Origin: Takakia lepidozioides
Taxonomy: Eukaryota > Plantae > Bryophyta
Direction of reading: 5' to 3'
DNA length: 64,000 nucleotides
Assembly: GCA_030704615.1 (NCBI GenBank)
Contig: CM060734.1
Coordinates: 10,974,001 to 11,038,000, forward strand
Under the pieces are notes generated by a model. That model was not told the DNA's origin, made no database searches, and saw nothing but the letters and a program-made list of their open reading frames with translations. Of the stretch, positions 62,231 to 64,000 are shown piece by piece. Within the stretch, counting starts at the first letter, position 1, and each line of letters begins with the position of its first letter. The position numbers and the translations under genes are program-made.

Positions 62231-62794
62231 ATGCCGTGCTTCCGGAACCGGGACGACTGCCCATTTGGAGGCATCGATTATGCAATGTATTCGGCCACAT
62301 CGGGAGACATTGTTATCTGGTACACAGATTACAGAGAAGATACTGGTTCGATTGTGGAAACATTGGTGGCTTTTGAGTATATCGTAGGCCACTACGCCTT
62401 CGAGCGGGGTGACGATCTTGGTCTGAGGAGTCCGTGGCTCCTGCGCATCCTCGATTCCGATTTTCCCAGCTACGACGGTCACCCATGCAGAAGAAGGCGC
62501 ACTGCTATGCTGTTGCGGTGGAACTGCTGCCACTGGACGTGGGTGGACTCCATCGGAGAGACCTATTCTCCTCAAGGAGTGCGCTCCTCTTCTCCATTGT
62601 ATGGGGACATTCGCATTGGTGTGGACGACGAAAACGTGAAGATTTCCATATTCGATGGTGGTATGATTGAAGGGCAGGACATTGTGGTGAACATCACTAG
62701 GGGCGGTACAACGGCTACAATCGACTTTACATGGAGGAGCCCCATGACTCATGAGCTAGTTCTGAGAGCAGTCGAAGTCCCATTGACAACGTGA
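62231..62794 (+). CDS. Hypothetical protein (~187 aa), paralog of 61121-61699
   Basis: MPCFRNRDDCPF..DYAMY..SGDIVIW..RWNCCHWT..PLYGDIR..ELVLRAVEVP. Confidence 0.65.
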   Translation: MPCFRNRDDCPFGGIDYAMYSATSGDIVIWYTDYREDTGSIVETLVAFEYIVGHYAFERGDDLGLRSPWLLRILDSDFPSYDGHPCRRRRTAMLLRWNCCHWTWVDSIGETYSPQGVRSSSPLYGDIRIGVDDENVKISIFDGGMIEGQDIVVNITRGGTTATIDFTWRSPMTHELVLRAVEVPLTT

Positions 62795-63170
62795 CTTGTA
62801 TTCAGTAGGCACAGGGCTAAAGATTTGATGGCACAATCAGCACAGTAGACGTGCTTCAAATGCAATTCATGTGGATCAATAAAAACCTCATTGTGCCCTC
62901 TTTTTATTCTATTCTGTGTCCATCGTTCCCAGAATGCGTCATTGCTCATTTCGTTTGGGATTGGGAGTGTGGGTGGATTTTGCAAGTGGCTGGTAGGCTG
63001 AAATGGGCCCCCATTGTACAGAGCAGTACCACCCTACCATTCGCGAAACATTGCCTTTCAATATATAATTCTAAATAACATTGCGAACCTCCTTCATCGG
63101 GAGGTCCTTCTCCCCCTATGACCGTGGCACCCTAAACCCTATTCCCGCGGACACTCATTTCCGGAAAATA

Positions 63171-63249
63171 GTGCTGCTCATGTTTTTTTCCACACTTACG
63201 ACTCTGCTCATGGCTCATGCCGCTCATGGCTCATGGCTCATGAAATAGC
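63171..63249 (-). repeat. Putative terminal inverted repeat, ...(GCTCATG)n-AAATAGC
   Basis: Inverted match to 23357-23432. Confidence 0.7.
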
Positions 63250-63794
63250 AGCCCCCAGGTTGAGGCCGACGCCCTTACCGCCGCAGGATTTGGATGGTGC
63301 AGCGCACTGACGTCCCCAGACAACCATTTCCGCTTCCACAGCCTCCACCACCGACCCCTGTGAGAGCAAGAACAATGGGACATGACAGCTCTAAGCATCC
63401 TACACACCGTTGGGGGAAACCGAAGAGGCGGCGACCTCCCTCAAAAGTGAACGAGACAAGGATGGGGAATGCACTTCGGATGAACTGTACAATCCAGAGC
63501 TCGACAGAAGTGCCCCCACCAGGATTCGGGCGTGTGTATCAGATGGCCACGGCGGGCTCAGCTGTTTGCAATGAGGTGTACACCATCACCATTTCAGAAT
63601 TACCCACCTGCAATTGCACCGACTTCCAGATCATGGCAAACAAGGGGGCATCATACTGCCCTTGCAAGCATTTGTACTACGTGTACCTAAAGAGACTCCG
63701 TTGTAATTCCACAACTCATCACTTCATACATGCACCAGGGTTGAGCCCCCAGGAGGTTCACACTCTTCTGAATATGGATCCAGGGGACCAGTGA
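63250..63794 (+). pseudogene. C-terminal SWIM zinc-finger part of a MULE-type transposase, 5'-truncated
   Basis: YTITI..PTCNCTDF..CPCKHLYYV (CxC-xn-CxH). Confidence 0.75.
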
Positions 63795-64000
63795 GCTTGG
63801 CTTGCGGTCCCCATACAATGGTACACCCATCCTTTTCGGATAGTAGAACTGTACTGCTGCCAGTACCTCAGACTCTGGCCACAGAAAGGTCCGACATATG
63901 TCTTGCCTACCAGTAACCTGTTTTGCTCGAACTAAGATATTACTATATCGTTCACTTGTTTCCACGTGCATGTATTTTTGTATGTTGGAGGGTTCATGTT

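Larger units (their letters stand above)
50156..63249. mobile_element. Large MULE-like element A (left part lost): transposase, ParB-MTase gene, palindrome arrays, paralogous ORF pair, terminal repeat
   Basis: The shared 22-bp palindrome occurs throughout 52813-62000; the terminal motif at 63171-63249 is shared with the end of copy C. That all parts belong to one element is inferred. Confidence 0.65.

Noticed and set aside
23357-63249. One 40-kb element bounded by the two inverted termini
   Set aside because: No target-site duplication, different palindrome variants at each end, an assembly gap and unrelated sequence in between.
63171-63249. Helitron or Replitron terminus
   Set aside because: No HUH/helicase ORF and no CTRR end with hairpin; the motif behaves as an inverted terminus relative to DDE transposases.

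Overview
Eukaryotic, almost entirely transposon-derived DNA. It is most likely heterochromatin of a non-seed land plant (inferred from PLS-type PPR remnants, spliceosomal introns and the TE families). There is one 500-N gap and no intact housekeeping gene. Contents: (1) a chromovirus Ty3/gypsy element (1-6351, -); (2) a gypsy fragment with a PHD-finger integrase and an ~85-bp LTR (8596-11893, -); (3) two fragments of one LINE family whose ORF2 appears to read RT, chromodomain, PCIF1-like adenine-methyltransferase fold, RNase H; (4) a truncated CACTA element; (5) PPR and kinase pseudogene fragments; (6) a non-chromovirus gypsy element with minisatellite-bearing LTRs (37861-46857, +) plus a third LTR; (7) several Mutator-like (MULE) transposase copies. 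The most striking system is a large MULE-like element (~50156-63249). Its transposase is transcribed divergently from a multi-exon gene encoding a ParB/Srx-like domain fused to a beta-class (N6A/N4C-type) DNA-methyltransferase fold. That gene is flanked by, and its introns contain, about 45 copies of a 22-bp palindrome (GGAAATGCGG-NN-CCGCATTTCC) spaced at near-integral helical turns. A diverged paralog of the ParB-MTase gene (30404-36550) carries a different palindrome (GAATGTCGT-CA-ACGACATTC), which suggests co-evolving protein/site pairs resembling ParB/parS inside plant transposons. All domain calls are motif recognition by eye, not database searches. Many single-base frameshifts may be assembly errors.
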